A stretch of DNA of 64,000 nt from Phycisphaeraceae bacterium (GCA_963674705.1 OY771506.1:1984001-2048000); one strand, 5' to 3'; counted from the first letter of the stretch, positions 37,497-48,835 are shown. The notes: a model not told the origin generated them from the letters alone. A program made the numbers and translations.

Positions 37497-38925
37497 ATGC
37501 GCTTATTCCTAATCAATCCGTCCAACCCGTTGGTGAGCTTGGCTCAACGCAGTCGTTGGCGGAAGTACCGTGTATGGAAGCCGCTGGGGCTTATGGTGAT
37601 CGCAGCTCTGACGCCTGAAGCGGAATGGGATGTGACAATCATAGACGAGAATCTCGGTATGCCGGACTATGCAAATCTACCCCGGCCCCGACCTTGTTGG
37701 CATCACCGCCTTTACCTCGCAAGCACCTCGGGCTTATCAGATCGCGGCTATATTCCGTAGCATGGGTGTGCCTGTCATCATGGGTGGCATCCACGCATCG
37801 ATGTGTACCGATGAGGCGCTGGAGTATGTTGATACTGTTGTACAGGGTGAGGCCGAATCTATCTGGCCGTCGGTGCTCCTTGATGCCCAACACGGCATGC
37901 TGAAACGGCATTATATTGGTGAGTCAGCCGATCTGGCATCCGTACCACCGGCTCGCCATGACCTGTTGACGCATGGCTACGCATTCGGCTCCATCCAAAC
38001 CACACGCGGCTGTCCTTTGAATTGTCACTTCTGCAGTGTGTCCGCTTTCAATGGACATCGTTATCGCCATCGTCCAATAGGTGATGTGGTTGATGAGCTT
38101 GCGATGATACCAGAACGTATGGTTCTGGTAGTGGATGATAACTTGATCGGTACACGCGATGAGCACATCGTGCGTGCCAAGAAGCTATTCCGTGCCATCA
38201 TCGACGCTGGCATCAACAAGAAGTGGATATGCCAAGCAACCATTAATCTTGCAGATGACGAGGAATTGCTTCAATTGGCGAGGCGCGCTGGCTGTGTCGG
38301 TGTGTTTATCGGCTTCGAAACAACCTCAGACGAGGGGCTGGTTGAATTGGGTAAACGCTACAACATCCTCAAGGGTGGCGATCTGCGAGCCAGTGTCAAG
38401 CGCATCCACCGTTACGGCATTTCGATCGTGGGGTCCTTCATCATGGGGCTGGATAGCGATAAAGTAGGTGTGGGCAAACATATTGCCGAGACCGCAAGCT
38501 ATTATGGCGTGGACCTACTGAACCCCGTATTCATGACACCGTTACCTGGAACACGGCTGTGGGAAAATATGAACAAGCAGCATCGTATAGCTGCGAATCG
38601 TTATCCTGAAGAATGGAAGTACTATACCCTCAGCTATCCTGTGGCCCGGCACTGCAATCTATCCTGGCGTCAGCTAATTAATGAAATGAATCATTGTTGT
38701 CGAAATTTCTATTCGCCGCTCACGATGCTTAAACGCATTGTCGGTAGCATCAGGCACTGGCGAAGCCCACTGACTATGCTCGTGGCCAATCTGTCTTACC
38801 GCCGTAATTGGCTATCAGATCACCGGGCGATGCACAACATGGACACTAGCCGTGGAACTGAGTGGGACGGAAAGGATGGTCGATCTAATACAAAGTCTTT
38901 ACCTGGCGAATGCGGTCCGCAATAA
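37497..38925 (+). pseudogene. B12-binding radical SAM protein split by a single-base frameshift near 37686-37689
   Basis: N-part KPLGLMVIAALTP..IIDEN..YANLPRP continues as PDLVGIT in another frame; GGIHAS, GEAE, RGCPLNCHFC, IGFET. Confidence 0.85.
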
Positions 38926-39354
38926 GCAACGATATACTCGAGCGTGAGTTCAAGATCGTACGTCTTCTGTGTCGAAAACCTTGTTGCTGATTATGCATGA
39001 AAAGTAACTTATGCCACAGGCTAGATGGGTATCTCGTTGACGAGCAGAGGAATCATAAGGCGAGTCGGGTACACTGATTTTAGCCTGAAGTCAGCAAATC
39101 GTCAGCACTGATGTATCAGTTTTCAGAATGACGGTAAACCCACAAGTGTTCGATGTGCCGCCGGTTGCTCCGGATTGTCCCAATTGGCCTGACACATTGA
39201 TTTGCATCTGGCCAATGTGCATCTGGTTATGAGACCCCTGACAGCAGCAACTCTGAAGCGGTCATTTATACTATGTCCAGAGTGGTTGCGTAGTGTCGTG
39301 TGCGACACGCGACAACTCGGTTCGCAGACAGTAGCCAAACGAACGTCTGTCGAC

Positions 39355-39651
39355 TTACTCATCTTGACGTCGGCTTTCATCCACCATCGCGGCGCGGACA
39401 GCGGCACGGGGGGAATCGACGTGGCCGGTGGCGAGGATCGCGACAAAACGCGGTTCATGGGTAGTGCCTGAGTATTGCCATGCATAACATATGCGAGCCC
39501 GTTGATGGCCATGAAGAGTGAAGATGTGAACATCCCCCTCCCAGATGATCTGGCCCGCCCGATCTTCGCGTATACGAACAGAATCCTTGAGCGTGGCATC
39601 GCACCCATGCTGCTCATGGATCACTTTTTTCAGTTGTTCGATTAGTGACAT
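39355..39651 (-). CDS. Hypothetical protein, probably conserved
   Basis: HGC..WEGDVHIF.L.GH.RA..CYAW..FVAIL pattern resembles an uncharacterised family; lies downstream of the RRM gene. Confidence 0.65.
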   Translation of the reverse strand: MSLIEQLKKVIHEQHGCDATLKDSVRIREDRAGQIIWEGDVHIFTLHGHQRARICYAWQYSGTTHEPRFVAILATGHVDSPRAAVRAAMVDESRRQDE

Positions 39652-39672
39652 GACGTATTATCCGTGAGGGCG

Positions 39673-39708
39673 CAAGAAAATGCCCGTCACTACAACGAGT
39701 GACGGGCA
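39673..39708 (-). terminator. Intrinsic terminator of RRM gene
   Basis: 11-bp perfect stem TGCCCGTCACT/AGTGACGGGCA followed by TTTTCTT on the minus strand. Confidence 0.8.
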
Positions 39709-39738
39709 ACCGTTTACGTGATTGATTATGCGTGCGAC

Positions 39739-40017
39739 TTAGTAACGCCCGCCACGGTTTCCGCCGCCTGGGCGGGACTCGCGGGGCTTGGCTTCGTTGA
39801 CGTTGAGGCTGCGACCTTCAAACTCGTTGCCGTTAAGCTCGGTGATTGCCTTGCCAGCACCTTGATCATCCATGGTGACAAATGCGAAACCGCGTGGCCG
39901 GCCGGTCTCGCGATCTGTGACGAGTGCCACCTCACTGACCGTGCCGTAGTTGCTGAACAGGTCTTCGAGGTTCTCCTGCGTGGTTTTAAAACTGAGATTG
40001 CCGACGTAGATCTTCAC
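39739..40017 (-). CDS. RRM (RNP-1) RNA-binding protein
   Basis: GTG start with [15 protein letters not shown] (RNP2), RGFAFVTM (RNP1), Gly/Arg tail. Confidence 0.95.
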   Translation of the reverse strand: MKIYVGNLSFKTTQENLEDLFSNYGTVSEVALVTDRETGRPRGFAFVTMDDQGAGKAITELNGNEFEGRSLNVNEAKPRESRPGGGNRGGRY

Positions 40018-40605
40018 AATAAAGCTCCTGGGGAGAGGCGTACGTGTGGGCTGCCAAACAATGGAGCTTTGCGAGCGACTCAAGATTGGGTCCGGTTAGA
40101 GCCGGACTCTTTATATTATATGGCCATTCGTCTCAATTACAATATGACGTTATTTTGTCCTTGGCCAGTATATCCATTGACCGCGTCTTAACCGCAATCG
40201 TAGGGATCGCCTCTCCCTATGTCGGGCTATACTTATAGTTCATACACATGTTCCAGAATAAACTATCGCTTTTTATATAAACCAACGCTTTGCCAGCTAA
40301 TCCGATCTACAATGAAGATAATAAAATGGTCTGAAGATATGGAATGCCAATATCTTGTCGGTTCCCATTGTTCGAGTATTAACGGCGGCATCTGGATGCC
40401 GCCCTTGCAAGACCAAAGACTATCATGAACATACTGCTAAGGCGCATAATTCATGGGCAAAAGCGGACAGTGCCCGACATTATGAGCCACCTCCGGCCGT
40501 GGGCCACTTCACTGCATCTCAAGTGGTCGCGTTGAATCACACTTCTGAGTGTTTAAACGCGGTATTAGATGTGCAATACGGAGCCAAATGATAGGTGATT
40601 AGAGC

Positions 40606-41028
40606 TTAAACCTTTGATGCCGGTTCCGTTGAGCATGCGTTGTTCACGCATTTGCGTGAGAAGCATTGAAGGCGGGGTCGGACTTTCGCGAAACCTGCGT
40701 ATAGAACGTCAAAGATCGATCGAAGGATCGGCCAACCCGTCCAACGCCAGAGCCAACCCATCCCAAGGGCATCGTAGATTCGGCGGAAAGCTTCCATGCC
40801 CGTGACAACGGAGCCGTCTGGTAAGATCGCGTGTATGCGTGCGTGGACGGCGGTCAGTGTCAGTCCGAATTGGCCGGCATCGAATCCTGGTGCAGTAATA
40901 TCGACTGGCTCGATCACACCCTGTTTATCATGTCGGGCGATCACACGCACCTCGCGCTTGCACAACGGGCACAGTCCGTCGTAGAGCATCTTGATTGGCG
41001 CTACCGGAATCTGATTTGTATCTTTCAA
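40606..41028 (-). CDS. DCC-family thiol-disulfide oxidoreductase (DUF393)
   Basis: LYDGLCPLCKRE; IHAILPDG..TGMEAF. Confidence 0.88.
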   Translation of the reverse strand: MKDTNQIPVAPIKMLYDGLCPLCKREVRVIARHDKQGVIEPVDITAPGFDAGQFGLTLTAVHARIHAILPDGSVVTGMEAFRRIYDALGMGWLWRWTGWPILRSIFDVLYAGFAKVRPRLQCFSRKCVNNACSTEPASKV

Positions 41029-41044
41029 GTTGCAGTCCTTTGCT

Positions 41045-41398
41045 TTATGCTGAGCGTCGGGCTTTGATAAAAGAAAGAATATAAGCAGTCAGCAACGTGA
41101 CACAGATAGTCAACGTGATCAATTGTGCCGATCGAGCGGCGTTGCTCAAATCCACCCACTTAATAAATACACGCGACGAACCGACAGCGGCCAGCAACAC
41201 GAGAACCGCAGCCACATGGATTGCTACCTTCAACGCCTTGGGGTTCATTGCCACCAACCCGCACATCAGCAGTGGGCCTCCGATGAACGCGGGAATCAAA
41301 GCGGTGATGCTGCTGGTGCCGGTCCCCAAGTAGAAGGCCACACCGGTCAAAATCAGACATAGGCCGCCGATGATCGTCAGCAGGACAGTTATTCGCAT
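41045..41398 (-). CDS. Small 4-TM membrane protein
   Basis: Four hydrophobic segments; SITALIPAFIG; SFIKARR; SD GAGG. Confidence 0.75.
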   Translation of the reverse strand: MRITVLLTIIGGLCLILTGVAFYLGTGTSSITALIPAFIGGPLLMCGLVAMNPKALKVAIHVAAVLVLLAAVGSSRVFIKWVDLSNAARSAQLITLTICVTLLTAYILSFIKARRSA

Positions 41399-41531
41399 GG
41401 TTTACCTCGAAAGGACAATAGGCTCATGAAGCCTGCCAGGCAACTGCGCCAGTTCAATTAAGTATCGGGATTCCTCTGTTGCGATTTAAGTCCACCTAAA
41501 AGGCTTACATGGGACTAGCTGACTTATATGT

Positions 41532-42041
41532 ATGCCCGCAGTATTATTAAACACGATGCGACGTAGCGTTGTACATAACTGGCTAGGGTTGCTGGCGTGG
41601 ATTGCTGTCGCATTTGTGCCAGCGACAACGGCTGCGTTCATTGAGACCGGCTCTTGGTATGACTCGCTCAACAGTCCCGCATGGACGCCACCATCTTGGG
41701 TGTTTGGGCCTGTATGGACATTGCTTTATCTACTCATGGGTATCGCGGCATGGCGGGTTTGGATAAAACATGGATTCGCTGATCCCCAAACGCGGTTTGC
41801 GCTGGTGGTCTTTCTGCTTCACCTGATCTTTAACGCTGCATGGACGTGGCTTTTCTTCGGTCAGCACATGCCCACCGCTGCGGCTATTGATATCGTAATT
41901 CTCTGGGCGATGATTCTTGTACTGGGGGTGCTGTTCTGGAAGCGTGACCGAGTTGCGGGCGCTCTCCTTTTGCCATATTTACTTTGGGTGACATATGCGG
42001 TAACGTTGAGTATTGGATTTGCGATTATGAACTCGATGTAG
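41532..42041 (+). CDS. tspO: TspO/MBR tryptophan-rich sensory protein
   Basis: WYDSLNSPAWTPPSWVFGPVWTLLY; NAAWTWLFFG; LLLPYLLWV; start may be 41556. Confidence 0.93.
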   Translation: MPAVLLNTMRRSVVHNWLGLLAWIAVAFVPATTAAFIETGSWYDSLNSPAWTPPSWVFGPVWTLLYLLMGIAAWRVWIKHGFADPQTRFALVVFLLHLIFNAAWTWLFFGQHMPTAAAIDIVILWAMILVLGVLFWKRDRVAGALLLPYLLWVTYAVTLSIGFAIMNSM

Positions 42042-42244
42042 AGTAGCGCCGTAAGATACCGACCATATCAGATTGGGTCATATGTAGATTCATGCAAGTA
42101 AATGGACCAATATGCGCAAGCAATCGTGGGTATGTTCCTGCGCGTACCTTGTCTTCTTCATGAATCGACCTCCTAAATTAGGGCTGATTCTTGTCGATTT
42201 ACTCACACTCCGCTTGGATCAGTGTTCCCGTGAAGGTGCATTGA

Positions 42245-42540
42245 TTACCCTGTATTCCTAAGGTCAGCAGCTATCGCTTGAACGGTGCCGCGGATGGCGT
42301 GTTCGATCTTCGGGGTTGTTGTGACATCTTCCCCGGCATTTTTACGGCGCCACAACTCTATCTGAATAAGGTTGAGCATATCGACGTATGGTGTGCGGAC
42401 ACGGATGGTTCTTTCAAGCCAAGGTGCTTCTTTAAGCAAGCGCGGTTGTCGCTTGATATGCAATACAGCGTGGCGAGCCTTCTTAAACTCGTCTGCGAGT
42501 GCTTGCCAAATTGGTTCAAAGGTTTGGGGTTTGGCTGCTA
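42245..42540 (-). pseudogene. ppc: C-terminal remnant of phosphoenolpyruvate carboxylase, truncated by an IS end
   Basis: ..IWQALADEF..VLHI..LL..PWLERTIRVRTPYVDMLNLIQIEL..TVQAIAADLRNTG-stop; reading frame runs to the element end at 42543. Confidence 0.85.
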
Positions 42541-42542
42541 GT

Positions 42543-43165
42543 TAGAGTGGTCCAAACCGTATTCGGGAAGCTCGCACCAAAAGATAGAGACTAATCCCAC
42601 TGGATCGAGGATTTTTTGTCCCGGATATGTGACACTTCGCGGTGGTATCAGGCGGCGCGAGAAGGTGGGGGAGAGGTCCGGTGCGGATCGGCCTTACTTG
42701 GCGTTGCTCCGGGGGTGGTCCATAATATTGGGCAGTTGTTATTACTGCACTTAGGGGAGTGGAAAAGATGCTGCCGCGTTGGGTGATTGTGTTGTTTGCA
42801 TTGCTTACCGAGGCTTGGTCGGTCCGCCGAGATAACCAGATCCGGTTCCTGAAACTTCAACTCGAACTGTACAAGGGGAAGGTGCCAGGCAACCGTGTGA
42901 TCCTGTCTCCGGAAGAGCGTCGTCGCATGCTTCGGTTGGGCAAAAAGCTGGAGCATCAAGGTAGATGATCTCGTCGGGATCGTGAGTGTCAAGACGTACA
43001 GGCGGTGGTTGCGTGAACAAAAAGAGGGCCGAGAGCCGGGTCGAGTTGGTCGCCGCCGCGTAGTTCCTCCTTCGTTCCGCGCGTTGATCCTTCGCCTGTC
43101 CCGTGAGAACACCGGCTGGGGCGTTCGGCGGATCGTGGGAGAGTTGAAAAACTGGCGCTAAGCGG
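42543..43165 (+). mobile_element. Degenerate IS: terminal sequence plus frameshifted, truncated integrase-core transposase N-terminus
   Basis: TAGAGTGGTCCAAACC end; MLPRW..RRDNQIRFLKLQLE, then a shift into LILRLSRENTGWGVRRIVGELK. Confidence 0.82.
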
Positions 43166-43809
43166 ACGCGGACCAAGGATGCCGGACCTCAATGGTCGGG
43201 CTGGGGCCAACGACCTCGTGGCGGTGAATGAGGCCGGCTTTCGCAAACTACTCACTGGCGGGTCCTATGGGACGATGCCGAATAGATGCTTGGAGCCCCC
43301 GCGTTCGGTCAGCGACCACTTGACAGAGGCTTGCTCATAGATGCCCGACAAATTGAACCGGCCCCAGCAGGCGGTGGTTTTCGCCAAAACTGCAAATGGA
43401 CCACTTCAAGATCATTTCTTCCATGCTCTGCTGAGCAGCGGTCTTTTTTGACGCGCCGATCGAGCCATATTTGTTCGTTAAGTGAAATTATTAAAAATGC
43501 ATATTATCTCATAAATGATCTTGTAATTTGAATATCAATCAATTAGCCTCTCTTTAATATTTACATAGAATGAAATATTCTATGGTTGTTACGTGCTGTT
43601 ATTCGCTTACAGGATCAACACTTGTGGTAGTACAGCGACAATATCAGGGTCGCTTTTCAAGTCTGGATCAACTCGGAGGATCAGGGTGCTCGGTTACATG
43701 GGGAAGCTAAGAACAGGGGAATCATTAACTACCAGAACATTTCAGATGCTTGCAGGGCGGTGTTGTGTACGAACGTCAATTCACTCACTTGTATAGGGGA
43801 CACCTTTCG

Positions 43810-46800
43810 ATGGTCACAACACGAATGGATCGGATCAGGGGCTTGTTGTCGGTAGCAGCGTTCGCGGTTGCGGGGGCGTGCCTGCCGGGCAACTTGCAGG
43901 CTCAATCGGGGCCGGTGCTTTACTGGCCGATGGATGAGGGCACGGGAACGACGATTGCGGATGAATCGGGCAACAGTAGTGACGCTACGATGCAGGGGGC
44001 TGCGGTCTGGGCTGAGGGTCGGGTTGATATGGGGATCGATCTGACGGATTCGAGCACGGGTGATTACATCATCAAGACTTCGCCGGCGTCATTCCCGACG
44101 ACCGCGATCTCCACCAGTTTCTGGGTGCGCACCACAGACAGCGGTGATGCGCTGACATCCTATGCGACGGGTACTTATCACGACGGCAATATGTGGTTGA
44201 TCATCGACAGTTCCAATGTCAGCCTCTATCGCGGGGAGCACTCGATACCATCAGGCAAAGCGATCAATGACGGCGAGTGGCATCATGTTGTCGTGACCTG
44301 GCGGAATACCGATGGTATGTGCCAGTTGTATGTTGATGGCCGCAGGATCTGGCAATATGCGATGCCGAATTCGATCGGCACGTCGATCGCATCAGGTGGA
44401 ACGCTTATCGTCGGTCAGGAGCAGGACTCGGTCGGAGGCGGATTCGAGGCGTCTCAGAGCTTCGAAGGCGACATGGATGAGTATCGGATATACGACCGTG
44501 TGCTGAGCGCGTCAGAGGTGCAGGATCTTTATGCGGCGGACCTGGGCACGCATCTAATGGTGCATTACCCGGCGGATGAAGGAAGTGGTACGTCGGTCGG
44601 CGATAGCTCGGGCAATGATAACGATGCTGTACTCCAGGGCAGTGTCGCCTGGTCGACCGGGAAGTTTGCTACGGCGTTGGACTTTACCGCGACAGGTATA
44701 GCAGATTACGCGATCAAGAATCCTGTTGAGGTATTCCCCGCGACGGCCATCACGACAACCTTCTGGATCAAGACGACCGACAGCGGCAACGGCATTCTTT
44801 CGTACGCGACGGGGACCTATCACAGCGGGAACGAATGGCTCATCATGAACAGCGACAATCTCCGCATTTACCGCGGGGAGTATTCCATGGCCGCCGGAGA
44901 ATCTGTCAATGATGGCAGTTGGCACCATGTCGGTATTACCTGGCAAAGCAGTGACGGCAATACACAGATTTATATTGACGGTGACTTGGAAGCTGAAGGC
45001 ACTTTGGCGCAAGGGACGATGATCCCCAGCCATGGTTCGTTGGTGCTGGGGCAGGAGCAGGACAGCGTTGGGGGCGACTTTGAATTGTCACAAGCGTTTG
45101 AAGGCGAACTCGAAGATGTCCGCATCTACAGCTATGTGCTGAGTCGTGAACAGATTCAAGACACCATGGCAATCGGAGGAAGCGGACCTGCGAATTATGT
45201 CTACGGGATGTGGAACTGGGATCAGACAATCCTCGGCGACAACGAACGCATCGAGGAGCTTGTGCAGTTCTGCCTGGATCTGGGCATTACCGAGATCGGC
45301 TTCACGTTGAACTGGAACGAGCCGTTTGTTGAAAATCCGAACAATATCCCGGCGCTTGAAGACATGCTGACACGGCTTCATGCCAACAACATCAAGGTCG
45401 AGATGCTGGCCGGCAACTCCAACTGGATTTATCACTACGACCAAGGCCCGTTGCAGGGCAAGCCGGTGGGCGGTGAAGGTTACGACTTCGGCCGAAAACT
45501 ACTGGAGCGTTTCGTCGAGTATCAGAACGAGCGATATCTGACTCATCCCGAGCAGTGCTTCGATGGTGTGCGTCTTGATGTCGAACCACACGGTTTAAGG
45601 CCACCGGTCACCAATGGAGAACTCGCTACGGATGACCCGCGTCGTGTGGCCGGTGGAGACGACGCGGTCGCCGTGTCTGGATTCGACACCGAGCCTTATC
45701 TGTACATTACCTGGGATCCGGACTTTGTGAACGGTGATGGATTACCGGATGGTGCCTATACAGAGACTTCGGTTGCTGAACGTAACGAGATCATGCTCCG
45801 TTTCTGGGACGCGCTGAAGCGTTACAAAGCGATATTACAAGATGACCAGGGGACCGGGCATATCACCAACAATCCGCAAGCGGTTGCTCAGTTCCTTCAG
45901 ATGTCCACCGACCAAGTCCCTTGGTACTGGACGATCGGTGTTCAAGATGAAGAGGGCATAGCACTGATCGATGCCAACGGTGATCCGTTACCGGGTAATC
46001 CGGGCCACGCCATGGTCGACCATGACGGCGATGCCGGCACGCCGGATATTGAAGTATTCAAGGCGGCGCTGAGTGTGCCAGACAAGGTCGCACTCATGGG
46101 TTACCGCGATCATTATGAAGACTTCGATCCGGATACCGGGGATTTGCGCTGGTGGCGAGGCGTTAAGCAATGGAACGAAGGAGACACTGGTGAAGCGCCT
46201 GTTGGTGGGCCGCGCGGAGCTTTGCCGTTCCTTCAGAGTATCAATAAACCGACCAGCGTTGGCTTGGAGTTCATCTCCGAGTGGGCATTGGGTTTCAACA
46301 GTGATTACGTAACCTATTACAACGATCCCTACGTGCAACTTAAGAACACAATCGCCCAGGTCGGCGACGAGTTGGAAACCTTATATCCAACCATTCGTGG
46401 TATTCGATACCACGAGTATTACGAACCTTTGCCGGGTAAACCAGCGGAAGCGGGGCAGATATTCGAGACCTTCTCTACATGGGTTAATGACGAACTGTAC
46501 ACCGCAGGCAACCTTGCCGATTGGCAGGCTTTCCATAACGTGACGCCCAATCAGACGCCCACGCTCCCCGCTTTGGAGAATGTCCCGGTCGTTACAGATC
46601 CTGATGCGTTAACGCTGACATTGGAAGGCGGCAGCAACGACTTCAGCCCGGGCCCGGGTAAGAGTGGGTATATCAAAGCGACCATCAATGGTCTGCCGAC
46701 GGGAACAAGTGCTGACGACTTCTACATCGTCGCCCATGTGAAAGTGCTTGGCGACACCAATTACTTCCAAGGCGGCCACGGCATCACCGAAGATATCGGC

Positions 46801-48684
46801 AGCTTGCTGAAAGAAGACAACGGTGCCGTCGATGCCAGCGGTTTCTTCCATGTCGCACCGATCCGCATCGGGGATATCTCCGTCGCCAAGATCGTGTGGT
46901 GGCTCGATCTTTACAACGCCAACGGCCACTTCATCCGCCGCTTCGTGCTTGATCCTAACGATCCGGACGATCCGACGCTGAAGACCGATCGTTTCTACGA
47001 TCCGCAGGACCCGTTGAACATTGACGTTCAAGGCTTGCTCCCGACGCCGATTGACCTGACGTTCAGCAGTATCACTGTGAATAATGTGCAGAAGGTTGGT
47101 GGAACGATCAGCGGTACGGTGACGGGCTTCCCGCAGGGGACGGATATCGCCAATGAATATCATGTGCGAACGTGGGTCCAATTACTACAGGATGGGATCG
47201 ATGCCGGCCTTCCGGCTGAAAACTTCCCGAACGATACGAATCCTAACTGGCGGGCTGAGCAGAACGGGTGGTCTGTACTGGACTACGATGTCGAACTGGA
47301 CAGCAATGGTAACTTTACAGCTGTTAACGAACGGCCGATCAATCCGACCGGTGATTCAGCCAGCTATGGAGAAACCAACGGCACCTACAAGATACAGATC
47401 AGTGTCCATACCAACGGTGATGATGGTATGGCACGGCTCGGTTTCCCGACAGCAGAGTCGCCGAATGATGGGATGAAGCCGACCATCTCTCGCTACCTGG
47501 ACATGGACTTCTCCATCGTTGATTCGATGGATGGAGACGAAGCAGTTTCCGCGGGTGTAGATCACTTCGATGCGGGTTACGAGGTTGGCGCACACTTTAT
47601 CGGTGTGGATTCACTCAACGGCAAGATATCGGGCAATGTGAAAGGGCTCTCGCCGACAGGTACGTATACCGTGCGTGCTTGGATCGAGTTCCAGGAGTAT
47701 GACCGCAACATCTGGCACATCCGTTGCCCTGTCGTAGCGATCGCTGACAACGACACCGGCTACTTCGAGTTGCCCGTGGATGTCACACAATTGATTCCCA
47801 GTGTGCCGGCCGGTGATGGTATTACTGTTGCAAGCCCGCGTAATGTCTGGATCTCTGTGCATGATGACACGATGGACCTGAACCAGTTCCCCGAGATATC
47901 AGCAACGGACGGTAATCCAGAAGGCAGTAACCCACCTGATGTGACCGTCGATAATGACGATTGGATGGGCAGGTTCTTCCATATGGATGATTCATTCGTC
48001 TACTACGAGGGTTTCCGGCCGGATACCGATACGAGTGTTCCCACATCGGCGCCTGCTCAAGCCACTTCGCCTGCTGCAAGTGCGATTGATTCGTCTTCGA
48101 TCGAGCTGAGCTGGAGTCATTCCTCCAGCAGTTCAAACGAGGAAGTCGGATTCAAGATCGAAAGACAGAGCGGGACAGATCCTTTTGTTGAGATCGCAAA
48201 GATTCATGGTGGCGAACTGACAACGTTCAGTTATGAGGACACCGGCCTATCGGCATCGACAACTTATGTCTATCGGGTCACGGCGTTCAATGACACGGGC
48301 AACTCACCGATATCAGCAACCGCAACAGAGACAACGCTCCCCGCAGGACCGCCATCGCTTCCAGGTGTGACGTGTGTGACCGGTGGGATGAGCGGCCGAG
48401 TTGAAGGGCGCATCCTCAATATGCCTGGCGGCAATTACAACGTCAGGACATGGGTGAAGTCTGACATCTATTACAAGCAAGGTGTAGACACCGCTCCGGA
48501 AGCCGATGGCAACTTCAATGCGCCACACCTGTGGGCATCAAGCGGCAGTCAGGTCTATGTGACGCTGCATCCTGATGCGGATGATCCGTGGGGCTCGAGT
48601 GATGCGGCAAATATCAGTACCGGTAATTGGCCGACAAGCCTGGGCAGTAATGTAGTGGTTTTTGGTCCGTTCACTGTGCCATAA
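43810..48684 (+). CDS. Large secreted multidomain protein: 2x LamG/pentraxin, putative TIM-barrel hydrolase-like domain, repeats, FN3
   Basis: Signal peptide; two DG.WHHV..TW / GQEQDSVGG.FE domains; FDGVRLDVEPH, LMGYRD; GFKIERQ..YVYRVTAFN; no PEP-CTERM. Confidence 0.85.
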   Translation: MVTTRMDRIRGLLSVAAFAVAGACLPGNLQAQSGPVLYWPMDEGTGTTIADESGNSSDATMQGAAVWAEGRVDMGIDLTDSSTGDYIIKTSPASFPTTAISTSFWVRTTDSGDALTSYATGTYHDGNMWLIIDSSNVSLYRGEHSIPSGKAINDGEWHHVVVTWRNTDGMCQLYVDGRRIWQYAMPNSIGTSIASGGTLIVGQEQDSVGGGFEASQSFEGDMDEYRIYDRVLSASEVQDLYAADLGTHLMVHYPADEGSGTSVGDSSGNDNDAVLQGSVAWSTGKFATALDFTATGIADYAIKNPVEVFPATAITTTFWIKTTDSGNGILSYATGTYHSGNEWLIMNSDNLRIYRGEYSMAAGESVNDGSWHHVGITWQSSDGNTQIYIDGDLEAEGTLAQGTMIPSHGSLVLGQEQDSVGGDFELSQAFEGELEDVRIYSYVLSREQIQDTMAIGGSGPANYVYGMWNWDQTILGDNERIEELVQFCLDLGITEIGFTLNWNEPFVENPNNIPALEDMLTRLHANNIKVEMLAGNSNWIYHYDQGPLQGKPVGGEGYDFGRKLLERFVEYQNERYLTHPEQCFDGVRLDVEPHGLRPPVTNGELATDDPRRVAGGDDAVAVSGFDTEPYLYITWDPDFVNGDGLPDGAYTETSVAERNEIMLRFWDALKRYKAILQDDQGTGHITNNPQAVAQFLQMSTDQVPWYWTIGVQDEEGIALIDANGDPLPGNPGHAMVDHDGDAGTPDIEVFKAALSVPDKVALMGYRDHYEDFDPDTGDLRWWRGVKQWNEGDTGEAPVGGPRGALPFLQSINKPTSVGLEFISEWALGFNSDYVTYYNDPYVQLKNTIAQVGDELETLYPTIRGIRYHEYYEPLPGKPAEAGQIFETFSTWVNDELYTAGNLADWQAFHNVTPNQTPTLPALENVPVVTDPDALTLTLEGGSNDFSPGPGKSGYIKATINGLPTGTSADDFYIVAHVKVLGDTNYFQGGHGITEDIGSLLKEDNGAVDASGFFHVAPIRIGDISVAKIVWWLDLYNANGHFIRRFVLDPNDPDDPTLKTDRFYDPQDPLNIDVQGLLPTPIDLTFSSITVNNVQKVGGTISGTVTGFPQGTDIANEYHVRTWVQLLQDGIDAGLPAENFPNDTNPNWRAEQNGWSVLDYDVELDSNGNFTAVNERPINPTGDSASYGETNGTYKIQISVHTNGDDGMARLGFPTAESPNDGMKPTISRYLDMDFSIVDSMDGDEAVSAGVDHFDAGYEVGAHFIGVDSLNGKISGNVKGLSPTGTYTVRAWIEFQEYDRNIWHIRCPVVAIADNDTGYFELPVDVTQLIPSVPAGDGITVASPRNVWISVHDDTMDLNQFPEISATDGNPEGSNPPDVTVDNDDWMGRFFHMDDSFVYYEGFRPDTDTSVPTSAPAQATSPAASAIDSSSIELSWSHSSSSSNEEVGFKIERQSGTDPFVEIAKIHGGELTTFSYEDTGLSASTTYVYRVTAFNDTGNSPISATATETTLPAGPPSLPGVTCVTGGMSGRVEGRILNMPGGNYNVRTWVKSDIYYKQGVDTAPEADGNFNAPHLWASSGSQVYVTLHPDADDPWGSSDAANISTGNWPTSLGSNVVVFGPFTVP

Positions 48685-48773
48685 CTGGTTTATGTTTGAC
48701 CTCCATATTTCCCTTTCAGCGGGGGCCCTGCGGGGCTCCCGCCTTTCGCGTTTCACGGCAAGCGATAAAAGAT

Positions 48774-48835
48774 ATGAAAAGCAAGCCAACCTTCTTTGCG
48801 TTCTGCCTTTTGATCCTGTTGCCGGCTACGGCATG
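48774..48835 (+). pseudogene. Signal-peptide-only stub of a truncated secreted protein
   Basis: MKSKPTFFAFCLLILLPATAW fused directly to IS66-like DNA. Confidence 0.5.
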
